Assembly (NCBI GenBank): GCA_964035575.1
Contig: OZ037845.1
Span: 930,001-994,000 of the forward strand
Direction: 5' to 3'
Length of the DNA: 64,000 bases
Origin: Rhynchopus sp. YZ270_cl-10
Lineage: Eukaryota
The notes below the pieces were generated by a model, which was not told the DNA's origin, did no database searches, and was given only the letters and a program-made list of their open reading frames with translations. Position numbers and translations under genes: made by a program. Below are positions 1 to 10,852 of this stretch, piece after piece (the first letter of the stretch is position 1; each line of letters opens with the position of its first letter).

Positions 1-1313
1 AAAATAGTGGTAGAAACTCCATACATTTTCTTCCCTCTTTTTTTTTTGCTGTTGACAGGGTTTTTTCCATCTTGCTTTTCAAAAAAAAAGCGGTAAGGGG
101 AGAGAGGGGAGTTAATCCTCTGTTTGGGTCAGCATCAACTTTTGCGGGGCACAGAAAAGCCCCCCCCTCTAAGAGCGTCTCCTGCCATAGGCAGACTAAT
201 ATAATAACCCCTCCGCCCTCCCTGCCCCCCTTGGAAAAAACCCTGGCTGAAAAGCGAGAGGAGTATGGGGAAATAGGGGGGGGGGTGTCACAAAGAACCA
301 AAACCAAACCAAAACAAAGCGAAAAACGTTTTCTTTTTTTTTTCAAGTGCAAAGGGCATGACCAGGGCATGCATTAACACAAAGAGAAAAAAAAATAGCT
401 TTTTTGAGAGATCAATAAATCCCCCTCTGAGAGAGGGGGAAAATAGAAGGTTGGGAAGATGAACCCCACCTTTTTGTGCACCAAAAAGAACGACAATCAG
501 AAAAGTATGTTCAGACACATTTTTTACCAATTTCGTCAAAAAAAATTGAGCACTGAAAGCACGAATCATTTCCTTGGGAAAGATCAATGAATGTATAGTA
601 TTTTTTTTTTCTCCATTTCAATGCAGCTGTCCATTTCTCCTCCTTACATTTCTTGTGAAAAGAGTAATGAAAGAGCGACACGGAAACAGTAAGGGTACTG
701 CAAATGTGCAACAATTGCAAACCATGCCCGACGTGCACGTGCCTTCAGAGTCTGGGGAGGAACCTTATGAAAGGAAACAGCTGAATGGAAAGTATGAAAA
801 ATGGAGCGAACGTTGAAAAAAAAAACATTGAATAGTTGTTGATGCAGGCACCTCCGACTGACCCACTGTACGATGTCAGCCCCGGAGGAAAGCACAAAAA
901 ATTTAAAAAAAAAAGGATGACTTCCTGCCCCCCCACCCGTTATGGTTCAATAAAGAAGAAGAAAAAAAAAAACGGCAGTACGTTTTCGCTATCACAGCAG
1001 TGCCATCTGCGCTTCAGAGTCTTTGGCGAAAAAAAACGGTGAAGGGGAGGGCATTTGCAGCACTGCGCGAAATAATGGATCTCAATGCTGTCCCCCACCC
1101 CCCACGTTTCAACAAAAACCATTCCCCAAAAATGACACATATCTGAGAGGAAATAGGGTGCATTGTAAAACCACAAGACACTTAACAAAACTATAATTCA
1201 CTCGGGGTCAGGGTGTGGTTACATCTTTTTTTAGTTGTTCACCCTGGAAACGTAAGAGAAACGTTTGCTTGCTGACGCCGAAAACGTGAGCGAAACGTAG
1301 GTGTTTGCTAAAA

Positions 1314-2924
1314 TCATGATTCGGTGGGTTCCGGTCCAAAGGCGGGCAGTGTTCCAGATCCTACGACACAGTTTACTCTTTTGCGCAGTGCGTGCGCACT
1401 GAAAGCTTTGCCTGGTTCGCAGACTTCACCATCAAGCACAACTTTGACATTCTTCCTCTTTATTTCGACGTAGACAGCTTGGACCTTCTTCTGGCGCCAG
1501 TATTTATTTTTGAGATGCACACCGTCGTCGATTCTGTCAAACTCGCCGACAAGAGGAATACGCCCAAGAGGGTCGGACCACGTCATCCACATCATCCCGT
1601 CGTCTATTCTGCAGTCAGGGCTGGGCTTGAAATTCGTGTCCAGGGCAGGCGCATTCACAAGGTGGAAGAACTGAACCGACCCCTCCCACGTCTCCCACCC
1701 CTGGCTCTGGTCCGTGTGGTCCCATTTGCTTTGTGTTGGCTTGTCGGCAGGGACGTAGTGGATTTTCATTGGGTAAGAGATGTTGGTGTGCCCACCACAA
1801 CAGGGCCTGCAGATGCCGCAGCAGCAGAAGATCTTGATCACTGCGTACGCCGTGAAGCGAGGCGGCCCACAGCAACGGAAGATCTCGCTGTCAATGTCGA
1901 TGTCGCTCACCATGCCACTCGTCACCGAGAGTGCGCCGTAACGGGTGCGCGGCCCCTGGTTGAACTCGAACAGGTCAATCGGACGCGCCTTGCCCTTGAA
2001 CAGCGCCCAGATCGCTGTCGACGGGTCCCCTTGACCAGTCAGGTTCGCGACTGCGTTGGCAGACCCTGCAGGGATGTAGCAGATGGTTAACTTCCTCGTG
2101 TCCGCATCGTCTCTCTTCAACAGCCCCTCAAGCGCCTCGCACATCGTGCCGTCCCCACCCACAGTCGCTACAATGCTGTTTTCAGAGGAGAGGAGAAGGT
2201 TTTTCGCAATAGTCGTGGCCTGGCCAGCAGCCTTTGTCGTTTGGATGTGGATCTTATGCCGGGACAGCTTTGCCTGTGTACGGATCATGTTTACGAGGGC
2301 CTCGCCCTTGCCTTTGCCGGAGTTGGGGTTCGCGATAACGTGGATATCGAAGCACTCAGGTGCAGCGTACTCGCGCAGTGCGGAGCAGTACTGCTTCGCA
2401 GACGCCTCGGAGTCTGTTTCGTAGCTGATCTGTGCGAACACAGCTTCGGGATACCACGTCTGTCCTGTCTTCGGCAGTCCGTGGGCCTCAAGCTCGCCCT
2501 GCTTCGTCATGAACTGCACAAAGTGCAGCAACACCTGCTTCCCTCTGCTAGATGCTCCGTACACTCTACTGCGTTCCTGAGACGATGAAGTTTTCAAGAG
2601 AGGTAAACCCGTACGTAACAATATATTCTGGCTAAATCCAGAATCATTCTTTCACCACTTTCCAATAGTAAAGTAAAATATCAGTACGTGGCATCTCTTG
2701 GATATAGGTGGGGAAAAGGAAAGGGCAGTATTGAACTGCGTTCAATTGGACACAAAATACAGACACACTGTCAACACCATACACAGTCGAGAGCAGACGT
2801 GGGTGCGGGGCAGACATACCACAGCAAACTTTTCCTTGCCCTCTGCGCGCAGCCCCTCAAAGTGGGTGTCGTGCAGCCGCAACATGCCCCCGTTGGGGAG
2901 TGGCATCTCCGTGTTATCCGCCAT
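1314..2924 (-). CDS. Sphingosine/ceramide kinase (DAG-kinase catalytic family); 2 exons 2924-2820, 2576-1314
   Basis: Motifs NPNSGKG, GGDGTMCE, IPAGSANA, RF(T)AY, LDGE. Upstream exon MADNTEM... ends GTG|GTATGT and joins in frame at tctcag|GAA (2576). Confidence 0.85.
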
Positions 2925-3126
2925 TGTGTTTGTTTGCGTTGATGTCTATGGGTACCTTCTGTAGGGCATGGATTGTGTGGGAAAGACGAAAGATGATTGC
3001 CTCACGTTCACAAAGGTGGCTGTGAGAATCAATGAACGTAAGGAGGTGTTCGTGTCACATATTACAGCACCTTCCCTGTGCGGGCGGTGGTTCAACTTCA
3101 CAGCAAGACACAGCAAGCAGTCGTAG

Positions 3127-3223
3127 TCAGATGGCTGATCCTGCACTTTGAGACTCATAATCTATGTCAACACAGGACACGCCTTGCTGGGGCGTGCCTT
3201 CAGGAGTCATTTAAGGTCATCAT
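3127..3223 (-). ncRNA. Box C/D snoRNA
   Basis: Minus strand: ATGATGA (box C), internal CTGA, terminal CTGA (box D). Guide GCAGGATCAGCCA precedes box D. Confidence 0.8.
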
Positions 3224-3267
3224 GAACGTGTGGAGTGTGGTTGTTTGCTTTGGTGTTGTGTCAGCAG

Positions 3268-3336
3268 TCAGGTGAGGTTGGAATGTATCCACAGCGTTGC
3301 TTCGGCTTGGCTAGGGCGGTTCCAGGATTTCATCAT
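3268..3336 (-). ncRNA. Box C/D snoRNA (copy A1)
   Basis: ATGATGA ... CTGA; identical copy at 5477-5545. Confidence 0.8.
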
Positions 3337-3378
3337 GCACAACAGAGGAGGGGTGGAAAGGTGGTGAACAGAAGTGTT

Positions 3379-3459
3379 TCAGACAAAGCGGTTAAAGTAT
3401 GTGCTCATGGTCGAGACTCACATTGGTGCCAGCACTGACAATTAAAAGGTTTTCATCAT
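3379..3459 (-). ncRNA. Box C/D snoRNA, SSU rRNA guide
   Basis: ATGATGA ... CTGA; contains the antisense of conserved SSU TGGTGCCAGCA(C). Confidence 0.85.
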
Positions 3460-3495
3460 GCTTTCGTGTCAACGTGTGTCGAGGCAGAAGAGAGA

Positions 3496-3582
3496 TCAGA
3501 GGTGTCCTAAGGTATTGTAAAGCCTATTCGGGCATCGCTCGTGGAGCTCCGACTGGGGCGGCATATCAGTGGTTTTCATCAC
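3496..3582 (-). ncRNA. Box C/D snoRNA, double LSU guide (copy B1)
   Basis: GTGATGA ... CTGA; antisense to conserved LSU GACTGGGGCGG and AGGTGTCCTAAGG. Confidence 0.9.
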
Positions 3583-4087
3583 TTCCGAAGCTGCAGTGGT
3601 CGCAATGAAGTAATGGAGTAATGGAGTATCAAAACATGGGGGTTGGTGTCGTTTGTTTTCTTTGTTCCGTGGAGAAAAGTGTGGATAAACAATGTTGTTC
3701 GTCACTCTTGGTATCTTCCGCTTCCCCTTTCTGATGTCAAACACATCATAAGGGGGAAGGCAAAAGCCGCACCAAAAGGTAGAAGAAAAACCCAAATAAA
3801 GCAAAAGGAGTAAGCTGGCGAAGAGAAGATGTGTTTCGGAAACACAGTAAAAATGAAAGCAAAGTTGTGAACGGTAACGTGCAGACGCCTCGTGGACGCA
3901 CACACACGATAAGAAAACCCAAGGTGTGGAGATCAAAGCTAGCTCAATGTCTCCACAATAACAGGGCGAGCAGGAAGTGGACGACACATTGTACATCCCT
4001 TCCTTCCTTCCCGACCCTGCCCAAAAAATATGAAAGTCGAAGTGAAAGTCGCAGACATCACCAAAAGGCCCAAACACACAAAGCAAC

Positions 4088-4732
4088 TCATGCCTTCAAA
4101 ACAGCACGGAGGCCCTCCGCAGACGCGTAGTACTCCTTCACCTTCGGGTGGTTTGCAACCACAGCCTTGTGTGCAGCAAGGTTCTTGAACGACACCAGTG
4201 CGTCCGACGGGACACCGTCAAGGAACCCAGACACAAGGAACTGTGCATATGTGAAGATCACCAAGTCTGCCACTGTCAGGGAGTCACCCACAGCGTACTT
4301 CTTCCCCGCAAGACGCGAGTCCAGGAAGACAAGCCACTTGTGGAAGTCCCCACCCTCAGCAATGGCAGTCGCACGGAAGGCCTTCTTCTCGTCCTCGTCC
4401 TTGATCGCAAACGACTTGCGCAGAACTGTGAAGAGCTCATCCGCGTAGTCAATGATCTCGTCCACACTCAGCGCCGCACGTGCATCCTTGGGGTACAGGT
4501 TCGCCAGTCTCCCGACGTAACGCAGGATTGCGTTGCTCTGTCCCACCACCTCCCCGTCCACGTGCAGAAGCGGCAGTTGTTGCGGTGCCACCTTCGCCTT
4601 CAGACTCGCTCCCCACGTTGGGAAGTCAATGTGCTCATCCTCAAACGCAAGGCCACCGATGTGTGCGGCAAGACGGGTCGCCTCAGGCTTCGAGGGGAGG
4701 GCGAAGTAGACAAGCTTCAGGGTCGGTGCCAT
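4088..4732 (-). CDS. Glutathione S-transferase (sigma-like), 214 aa
   Basis: LVYF...RLA, QQLPLLHVDG, QSNAILRYVGR, VGDSLTVADL; ATG at 4732. Confidence 0.92.
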   Translation of the reverse strand: MAPTLKLVYFALPSKPEATRLAAHIGGLAFEDEHIDFPTWGASLKAKVAPQQLPLLHVDGEVVGQSNAILRYVGRLANLYPKDARAALSVDEIIDYADELFTVLRKSFAIKDEDEKKAFRATAIAEGGDFHKWLVFLDSRLAGKKYAVGDSLTVADLVIFTYAQFLVSGFLDGVPSDALVSFKNLAAHKAVVANHPKVKEYYASAEGLRAVLKA

Positions 4733-4870
4733 TTTGTGTGGTGAGGGTGGTGTTGTGGTGTGGTGTTGAGAATCTGTGTTGGGTTGGTTTCGTTGGGTGA
4801 GCAAGGAAGGGCGAGAAGTGCTTCCTCTCAAGACACAGGAGACTTGATGTGTTTCGAGGCAGAAGAGAGA

Positions 4871-4957
4871 TCAGAGGTGTCCTAAGGTATTGTAAAGCCT
4901 ATTCGGGCATCGCTCGTGGAGCTCCGACTGGGGCGGCATATCAGTGGTTTTCATCAC
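4871..4957 (-). ncRNA. Box C/D snoRNA (copy B2, identical to B1)
   Basis: 4854-4972 is identical to 3479-3597; box C and box D intact. Confidence 0.9.
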
Positions 4958-5035
4958 TTCCGAAGCTGCAGTTGTGTGTTGCATCGTGATGTGGTGTGAT
5001 GTGGTGTGACTTGTGAATGTGCACAGTTTGTGGAG

Positions 5036-5128
5036 TCAGCTAGGGGCGAAAGAAAGACCAACCCTCATATCCTCCTGAGAGGTGTATTGGGAGCAGCTTG
5101 CGGTGCTGCCAAGAAGTTTTGTCATCAT
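5036..5128 (-). ncRNA. Box C/D snoRNA, LSU guide
   Basis: ATGATGA ... CTGA; the guide next to box D is antisense to LSU TAGGGGCGAAAGA. Confidence 0.88.
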
Positions 5129-5187
5129 GCTCGCTGTGTGTGGTGTCATGTGAAGTGGTTGTGTTCAAAAGAGGAGAGCAGCAACAA

Positions 5188-5285
5188 TCAGACCTGTTGA
5201 GTTTGACATAATTTTTCAATCCCCACCGAGGGTGCCGTGACTTTGTTGGCCACCTCTGGCCGAATGGTTGTGTTTTGTGCATCAT
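5188..5285 (-). ncRNA. Box C/D snoRNA, LSU guide
   Basis: Variant box C ATGATGC ... CTGA; guide antisense to LSU CCTGTTGAG(C/T)TTGAC. Confidence 0.8.
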
Positions 5286-5343
5286 GTTGCTGTGTGGAGA
5301 CGGAAATGTGCTCCCGAAAGAAGAGAACCTGAAAAGTGTCTTG

Positions 5344-5428
5344 TCAGAATCAATGAGTATGTTGCTTTACTCGGTCATGCAGCTGTGCTGTCCGAGACTC
5401 TAGTCAAATGTGCATAATGTTTCATCAC
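5344..5428 (-). ncRNA. Box C/D snoRNA, probable LSU guide
   Basis: GTGATGA ... CTGA; antisense to LSU GACTCTAGT. Confidence 0.8.
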
Positions 5429-5476
5429 TCAAGAAGAGAAGGAAAGTGTGGAGTGTGGTTTGCGTTGTGTCAGCAG

Positions 5477-5545
5477 TCAGGTGAGGTTGGAATGTATCCA
5501 CAGCGTTGCTTCGGCTTGGCTAGGGCGGTTCCAGGATTTCATCAT
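5477..5545 (-). ncRNA. Box C/D snoRNA (copy A2)
   Basis: 5464-5552 is identical to 3255-3343. Confidence 0.8.
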
Positions 5546-5807
5546 GCACAACGGAGCGACGAAGAATGTTTTATCAGCACAAAAATGACAGGATACTGTA
5601 ATGTTAGATACGATGAAGAGAATCACTCACAACACATTCTGCGCTGTACCTTCTCTGGTGTAGTGTATAGCTACGTTCCCATATCCCACTTCCCACCCCC
5701 TCCCCCCGCCTCCCCACGTTTTCAGTCGTAAATCTTAATCAAGCATTAACTTACTCTGGGAACACTCGTGTTGTCTCCCATCCACGCTCTCTCCCCCTCT
5801 GCCACTC

Positions 5808-8800
5808 TCAAAAGCCCAACCAAAAATCGCTGATATAGATCTTCGCAACTGGCTTGCCGATGTGTGCAGCGTACATATCGAACTGCTCTGCGTTGCCGAT
5901 GACGAAACGAAGGTGTTTGCTATCTGAGGCTGCGTCGCTGTCAAAGAGTTGTAACATGTCTTTTGCACCCTTTTGAACGTCTGCGTCAGTGAGAGTGTCG
6001 CGCATTGAGAGGAGACGGGTACGGAAGGCTTCCACCTGCTGTGGCAGCATGCCGTCTGCGATGTCGTAGGACAGCGCCTCGCAACGTTGGTTGTACGTCT
6101 GCCCAGAACGCGATGTGAAGCACTGACACAGTGCGTAGTCCAGGAGTCCTGCAGGCGGAGTGCTCTCGATGTCTCCCAAGAACTTCTCCGCATAGTCGAG
6201 CGTGTTTGCCACGTTGGGACAGTGGTCGGCATAGTACAACACTCTGTCCGCATCCGCACACCCCATACCCGAGGAATACGCCAGCCCCTTATTCCACGCG
6301 CCAACGAACAATGTATGGGCACCACCCCCACAAAGGCTCTTCGCACTAATGATACGCCGCATGTCGGCCTCACTCAAGTCGCCCCCACGCATGACAGGAA
6401 GGGGCATGCTGTGCACCACGACACCCTGTGTCTGGCTTGCCACCACCAAGGTGCAGTGTGCAGGGAAGGGTGACCCTTCTCGCAGGGTCCAGCGTGATTT
6501 GACAGGGTTGTGGGTGTAGACGGGTGGAGGAGAGGTGGTGTTGGGGCAGAGGCGTGTCATGAGTGCACGCAGCTTTGCTTTGGTCTCAGCACTGCGCATC
6601 GTGCTGGTGACGACGTGGCCGCGAGAAGGGCAGGAACGTACCAAGCGGAGCACCTCCTTCCAGGCATCGAGAGTTGCCGTAGGTGTCTTCTGCATGTCTG
6701 ATGCGAGAAGCTGGATGCAAGGTTTCCACTCAGAGGGGACGTCCTCCCTGCCAGACTCTACACCTGGCATGCAGTGCAGGATGTGCAGCAGGTCTGCTGA
6801 GAACGCACCGCGTGTTGAAGTCTCCATCGCCTCAAGATCTGAGATGAGTGTCTTCACATTGGCGACGACACCTTCATTCGCAATGGCAGCGATTTTCTCG
6901 ATAACTTCGCCCCGCACGTCAGAGATGAGACACTTCTCACGGAGTAGCGAAAACTCTTGAGTCAAGCAGCAGGCCGCCTGGAGGTTGTGGTAGTTGTGTT
7001 GGTTCAGGAATGCGGAGGACACCGCCGTGCCCCAGAACTCTGCGCGCGACTGCAGAGTCTTCCGGATGGAGCGGATGCTGTCCTCCACCACGTCGCGGAT
7101 GCGGTCTAAGTTGTTCACCTCCCAGTCGGGGCGTGTCAACACTGCTTCCATCCACCCGAGGGCGTGCTGCACCTCATCCACCACCAACCCACCCCCCCGT
7201 ACCACCAACTCCACCCGCCCCGCAGACGCTGTGCACGAAAGGTGTGCATCCAAATGCAAGACCTCGTGTTGTGCACGTCGGCAGTACTCGGCGTAGGTCA
7301 CCCGCTCCCCATCTCGCCACACCCCAAAAGCGTTGATGCTGGTCAGTATGGGGATGTGGAAGGCGACCTCCTCGGGCAGGGTGGTGATGTCAAAGGCCAC
7401 GCCTACGTAGCCGCAGTCGCCAAGCGCGTCGACAACGCAGGAGACGATGCCGTCGGAGTGCTCGTAGTTCATCTCGGGGTCGTTGCTGAGGGGAGGGGAG
7501 GCGGTGAAGGTTGGCAGCGCCTTAGGTGCGTTGTGTGCCTTCTGGCGGGCTTCGTCAGCCGCAACCTTTGCCGTCTCAGCAGCGACGTACTCAGCAGAGC
7601 TCATCCCAGACTGCGCAACGCTGTCCGCAAAGTGCGCGCAACGTTCCTGCAGACCACGCTTCTCCTCACTAAGCAGCGCGTCCGACGCAGTGCACGCAAC
7701 AACAATCATCTCCTCCGCGTCTGCAAGAAGCCCCCACTTCTCAATGTACCCCCGCCAAAAGTTCTTCTTCGAACCTATCAAATCCTTAATCGCAGCAGCC
7801 TCCCGATCATACGTCAACTCGATCACACCAGGGGGTGTAAGGTGCTGTGCAAACTCAACAGCTTTGTCCAAATAGGTCAGCCAGTCGCCGTACTTCCCAC
7901 GCTCGCCAAATCCTGGAGGGTGCTGCAGGTATTCCAAGGAGCGTTTTAGGTTAGAGTTGAGGTACGACTCGCAACGTACGTTCCACATGTCAAGGTCGGA
8001 CGACGCATCGCCCCATTCATGAATGTCGCATATCGCACGGCGCACGCTGTCCTGCAGGCCCTTCACGAAGGCAGGGTCGTCCACGTTCTTCTGCGTGATC
8101 CCCTCGAACGTAGCATAAATGGAGATCCCTTTGTCCTCAAGCGAGCCTCCCGACAGCGAGGTGAGCCCCTCCACCTTCGACACCACCTGTGTGTAGAGGA
8201 GGCTGTTCTGCCCGTTGAACATTAGCTCCACAAAGGCAAGCAGAATGGAATACTCCAACCAACCGTCTTCCTCTGTGCTAAGCGTGTCAGGGCAGGCCAA
8301 GGGCCAGCAGAAGATCAGAACACCTGGGTGAGAGGCGTTTGTATGGGGAAAGCTGCAGGACACATGCCGCCTCTCTGGTGCAGGTGTCGGCATGGTGCTC
8401 TCGACGACAGGAGGGCGTCCACAGTGGACAGCACGGCTGACAGCATGCACCTTGCCCTGCGAGAGAGCAGTAAGGCTTGCAGACACCTTCCCCAACAGCG
8501 TGTCGAGATCCTCTCCCATCCCGATGATGGCACCCATTGTGTTCAGGTTGTAATGTGCTTGGTGGTAGCTCCGTACGTCAGAAGCCTTGATAGAGCGGAT
8601 AGCCTCGGGTGTGCCGCCCTGTTCGTATGAAAGGGGGTGGTCAGCACCAAAGACAAGCTTGTTGAGGTGGTGGAAGCTGCGCTGTGTGGGGGTCTTGAAT
8701 GCGCCGCATTGTTCGACGTAGACGGTGCCTTTCTCTTCGGCTTTGCCTTCGGGGTCGAATGTCATGTGCATGACTTCGTGCTCGACCTGGAGGTCGCTGA

Positions 8801-9176
8801 AGTCGGGATGCAGCAGTGCATCAAGCTTTGCTTCGAACAACTCATAGAACAGCTCTTTCGAGGACTTTGTCTGGAATGTGTACACAGTCCTCTTACGCTC
8901 TGTGAAGGCGGTGGCAGTCACGAGGGACACCTCTTCCAGGGTACGCAGGTACGTCGCCTTGTTCCCCTTCCCCAGCAACACATGTTCAAGAATATGCGAC
9001 TCACCAGCATCCGACTGCAGTGGTGTGTCCGCATATATCAACGCCTGCGGGACAAACAAAATGTGCAACGCATCGAGAACAAACCCGGTCTGCTTATGAA
9101 CACTTCGACAGCCGTACTGTGAACCCTTATGTGTAAAGGTAGCAACATGGTCCCAGTCAGGGTGTGTCTTTGTCAT
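5808..9176 (-). CDS. M16 (insulinase/presequence protease-like) zinc metallopeptidase, ~1122 aa
   Basis: Inverted zincin HILEH, AFT, EKGTVYVE, GGTPEAI, GLAYSSG; first ATG at 9176. Confidence 0.85.
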   Translation of the reverse strand: MTKTHPDWDHVATFTHKGSQYGCRSVHKQTGFVLDALHILFVPQALIYADTPLQSDAGESHILEHVLLGKGNKATYLRTLEEVSLVTATAFTERKRTVYTFQTKSSKELFYELFEAKLDALLHPDFSDLQVEHEVMHMTFDPEGKAEEKGTVYVEQCGAFKTPTQRSFHHLNKLVFGADHPLSYEQGGTPEAIRSIKASDVRSYHQAHYNLNTMGAIIGMGEDLDTLLGKVSASLTALSQGKVHAVSRAVHCGRPPVVESTMPTPAPERRHVSCSFPHTNASHPGVLIFCWPLACPDTLSTEEDGWLEYSILLAFVELMFNGQNSLLYTQVVSKVEGLTSLSGGSLEDKGISIYATFEGITQKNVDDPAFVKGLQDSVRRAICDIHEWGDASSDLDMWNVRCESYLNSNLKRSLEYLQHPPGFGERGKYGDWLTYLDKAVEFAQHLTPPGVIELTYDREAAAIKDLIGSKKNFWRGYIEKWGLLADAEEMIVVACTASDALLSEEKRGLQERCAHFADSVAQSGMSSAEYVAAETAKVAADEARQKAHNAPKALPTFTASPPLSNDPEMNYEHSDGIVSCVVDALGDCGYVGVAFDITTLPEEVAFHIPILTSINAFGVWRDGERVTYAEYCRRAQHEVLHLDAHLSCTASAGRVELVVRGGGLVVDEVQHALGWMEAVLTRPDWEVNNLDRIRDVVEDSIRSIRKTLQSRAEFWGTAVSSAFLNQHNYHNLQAACCLTQEFSLLREKCLISDVRGEVIEKIAAIANEGVVANVKTLISDLEAMETSTRGAFSADLLHILHCMPGVESGREDVPSEWKPCIQLLASDMQKTPTATLDAWKEVLRLVRSCPSRGHVVTSTMRSAETKAKLRALMTRLCPNTTSPPPVYTHNPVKSRWTLREGSPFPAHCTLVVASQTQGVVVHSMPLPVMRGGDLSEADMRRIISAKSLCGGGAHTLFVGAWNKGLAYSSGMGCADADRVLYYADHCPNVANTLDYAEKFLGDIESTPPAGLLDYALCQCFTSRSGQTYNQRCEALSYDIADGMLPQQVEAFRTRLLSMRDTLTDADVQKGAKDMLQLFDSDAASDSKHLRFVIGNAEQFDMYAAHIGKPVAKIYISDFWLGF

Positions 9177-9549
9177 TGTGTTCGTTGAATTCTTTTTGAT
9201 GTTGAAAAGAGATGACAGGGTGAGAAAAGCAAAAAAGATGAAAACAATGGAGACAGGAGGCGGGGAGCTATTATCGAGAACACACAACACACATTCTCAT
9301 AACACTCTCTCCATCAAAGGAGAGCAACGGAGGATCTCTGCTCCATACAGACGTTCACCGCACCACTTAAATGTTCTCAAGGCAAGGCTAGGGATGTATT
9401 GCTTGAGATTTTGGCGCACAATTTTATATTGAAAATCATAGAAAACAAGTATCCACCACCGCTGTACGTAGTGGTCATCTCATCACCGTTTTGGCATGTT
9501 TCTCTCGGTAAGCTCCTTTCTCTTAGTGACTCATTTTTCGAACCCAATT

Positions 9550-10641
9550 TCAGTCCCATCCAAGAATTCCAAGATACTCAGGATCAATCTCTGGGCGTTT
9601 CTTGGGCAGCTCAGAGGTGATCCGGAACTCGAAGGGACCATTTTCGAGCAGCTCCCTTTCAGCCTTCCACGAGAACAGCGCTGCACCTGTCGTATCGTAA
9701 AAGGGATTGATCTCAATCACTTTAATATGCCGCAGGTCTTCCTCCGTTCCAGTAACACCTTCATCACCAAACAGACAGAAGTCAATCACATAGGTCCCAA
9801 TCGAGGCAAGCCTTTCACGGCATTTCGACTCCCAGAGGTTTGTTATCTTTTCCTCAATGATTTCCTTGAATTTGACAACCTGGGGGAAGAAGACGAAATA
9901 GTTGTACTGACTGAGTGCGGTGAAGGTATTGTTTTTGACGAAACCTCTGAACTCCATGCCGATGTCGACGGGGTACCACCTTCTGAGGATGACGTGTTGT
10001 TGCCATTTGGAAGGAAACTGCAGGGCTGCGCCAACGTCACCTAGGATCCGTTCGGAAAGAGTAAAGAGCTTGAGAATGTCAAGCGCAGAGTCGAACCTCA
10101 GAAGCTCCAAGGAAAGCTGGAGGAGCAGATGCAGCTTTTCATTGTCCGTTGCTTCTGGTGCAACGCTCTCCTTGAAGCGTGCATCCAAGCGTGATGTGAC
10201 CACATCCTTCGCAGACCGGCACGAAAGCTTCGCAAACACAGAAGGTGTTGTAGACTCCCCTATCCGCTTCATACCTTCCGCGATATCATCACATAGTGTA
10301 CGAAGCAAATCAGAATCAAGTTGAATACCAAGCTTTTCATGAACATCAACACAGATCCAATCCTTGTTCCTGTATTTGTATGTTTCAATGAGCTCGCAAA
10401 CAGCGTGCAGCTCCTTTCCAGCTTCGAAGCTGATAGGAATCTGTTCTGTCTCGAAAGTAAGCTCGTCACCCAAAAGGTCTACCCAAGCCTCAGCATCGAA
10501 CGTCATAATGTATTCGCGATACTCAGCAACTTCCTTCTGCGTTTTGAAGCCGCAAAGCAGAGGGTCGCTTTTGTCGTCAGTTGTCACCTTCTTTAATGAA
10601 GATTTCGCGTTCTGCAGTTCTTGGAGCAAGGCAGACGCCAT
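9550..10641 (-). CDS. CDC123/R2K-like ATP-grasp protein with N-terminal WH2-like motif
   Basis: FAKLSCRSAKD, EFRGFV, ALSQY, YVIDF, IEINPF, GAALFSW, FEFRI; N-terminus ALLQELQNAKSSLKKVTTDDKSDP. Confidence 0.8.
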   Translation of the reverse strand: MASALLQELQNAKSSLKKVTTDDKSDPLLCGFKTQKEVAEYREYIMTFDAEAWVDLLGDELTFETEQIPISFEAGKELHAVCELIETYKYRNKDWICVDVHEKLGIQLDSDLLRTLCDDIAEGMKRIGESTTPSVFAKLSCRSAKDVVTSRLDARFKESVAPEATDNEKLHLLLQLSLELLRFDSALDILKLFTLSERILGDVGAALQFPSKWQQHVILRRWYPVDIGMEFRGFVKNNTFTALSQYNYFVFFPQVVKFKEIIEEKITNLWESKCRERLASIGTYVIDFCLFGDEGVTGTEEDLRHIKVIEINPFYDTTGAALFSWKAERELLENGPFEFRITSELPKKRPEIDPEYLGILGWD

Positions 10642-10852
10642 TTGTGGAGGGGGTGGGTTATTTCAAACCTATGTGGATGTGAATGTGGAGGTAGTGGTAA
10701 TGTGGGGAAGGGGAGGAGAAAAATTGTAAGGGAAAATGCGGTTCGTATGTTTTTTTTGTGCATGATCCTTAAACCTGCTGCACAGACTTGTTGATTTCTT
10801 TTTGCTCGTCTTTTTGAACAACTGTAAAACTGTAAAACTGTAAAAGGTGGCT

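Noticed and set aside
3050..3125. Possible single-hairpin H/ACA-like RNA at the cluster edge
   Set aside because: A weak stem and ACA are present, but no rRNA target was recognised.
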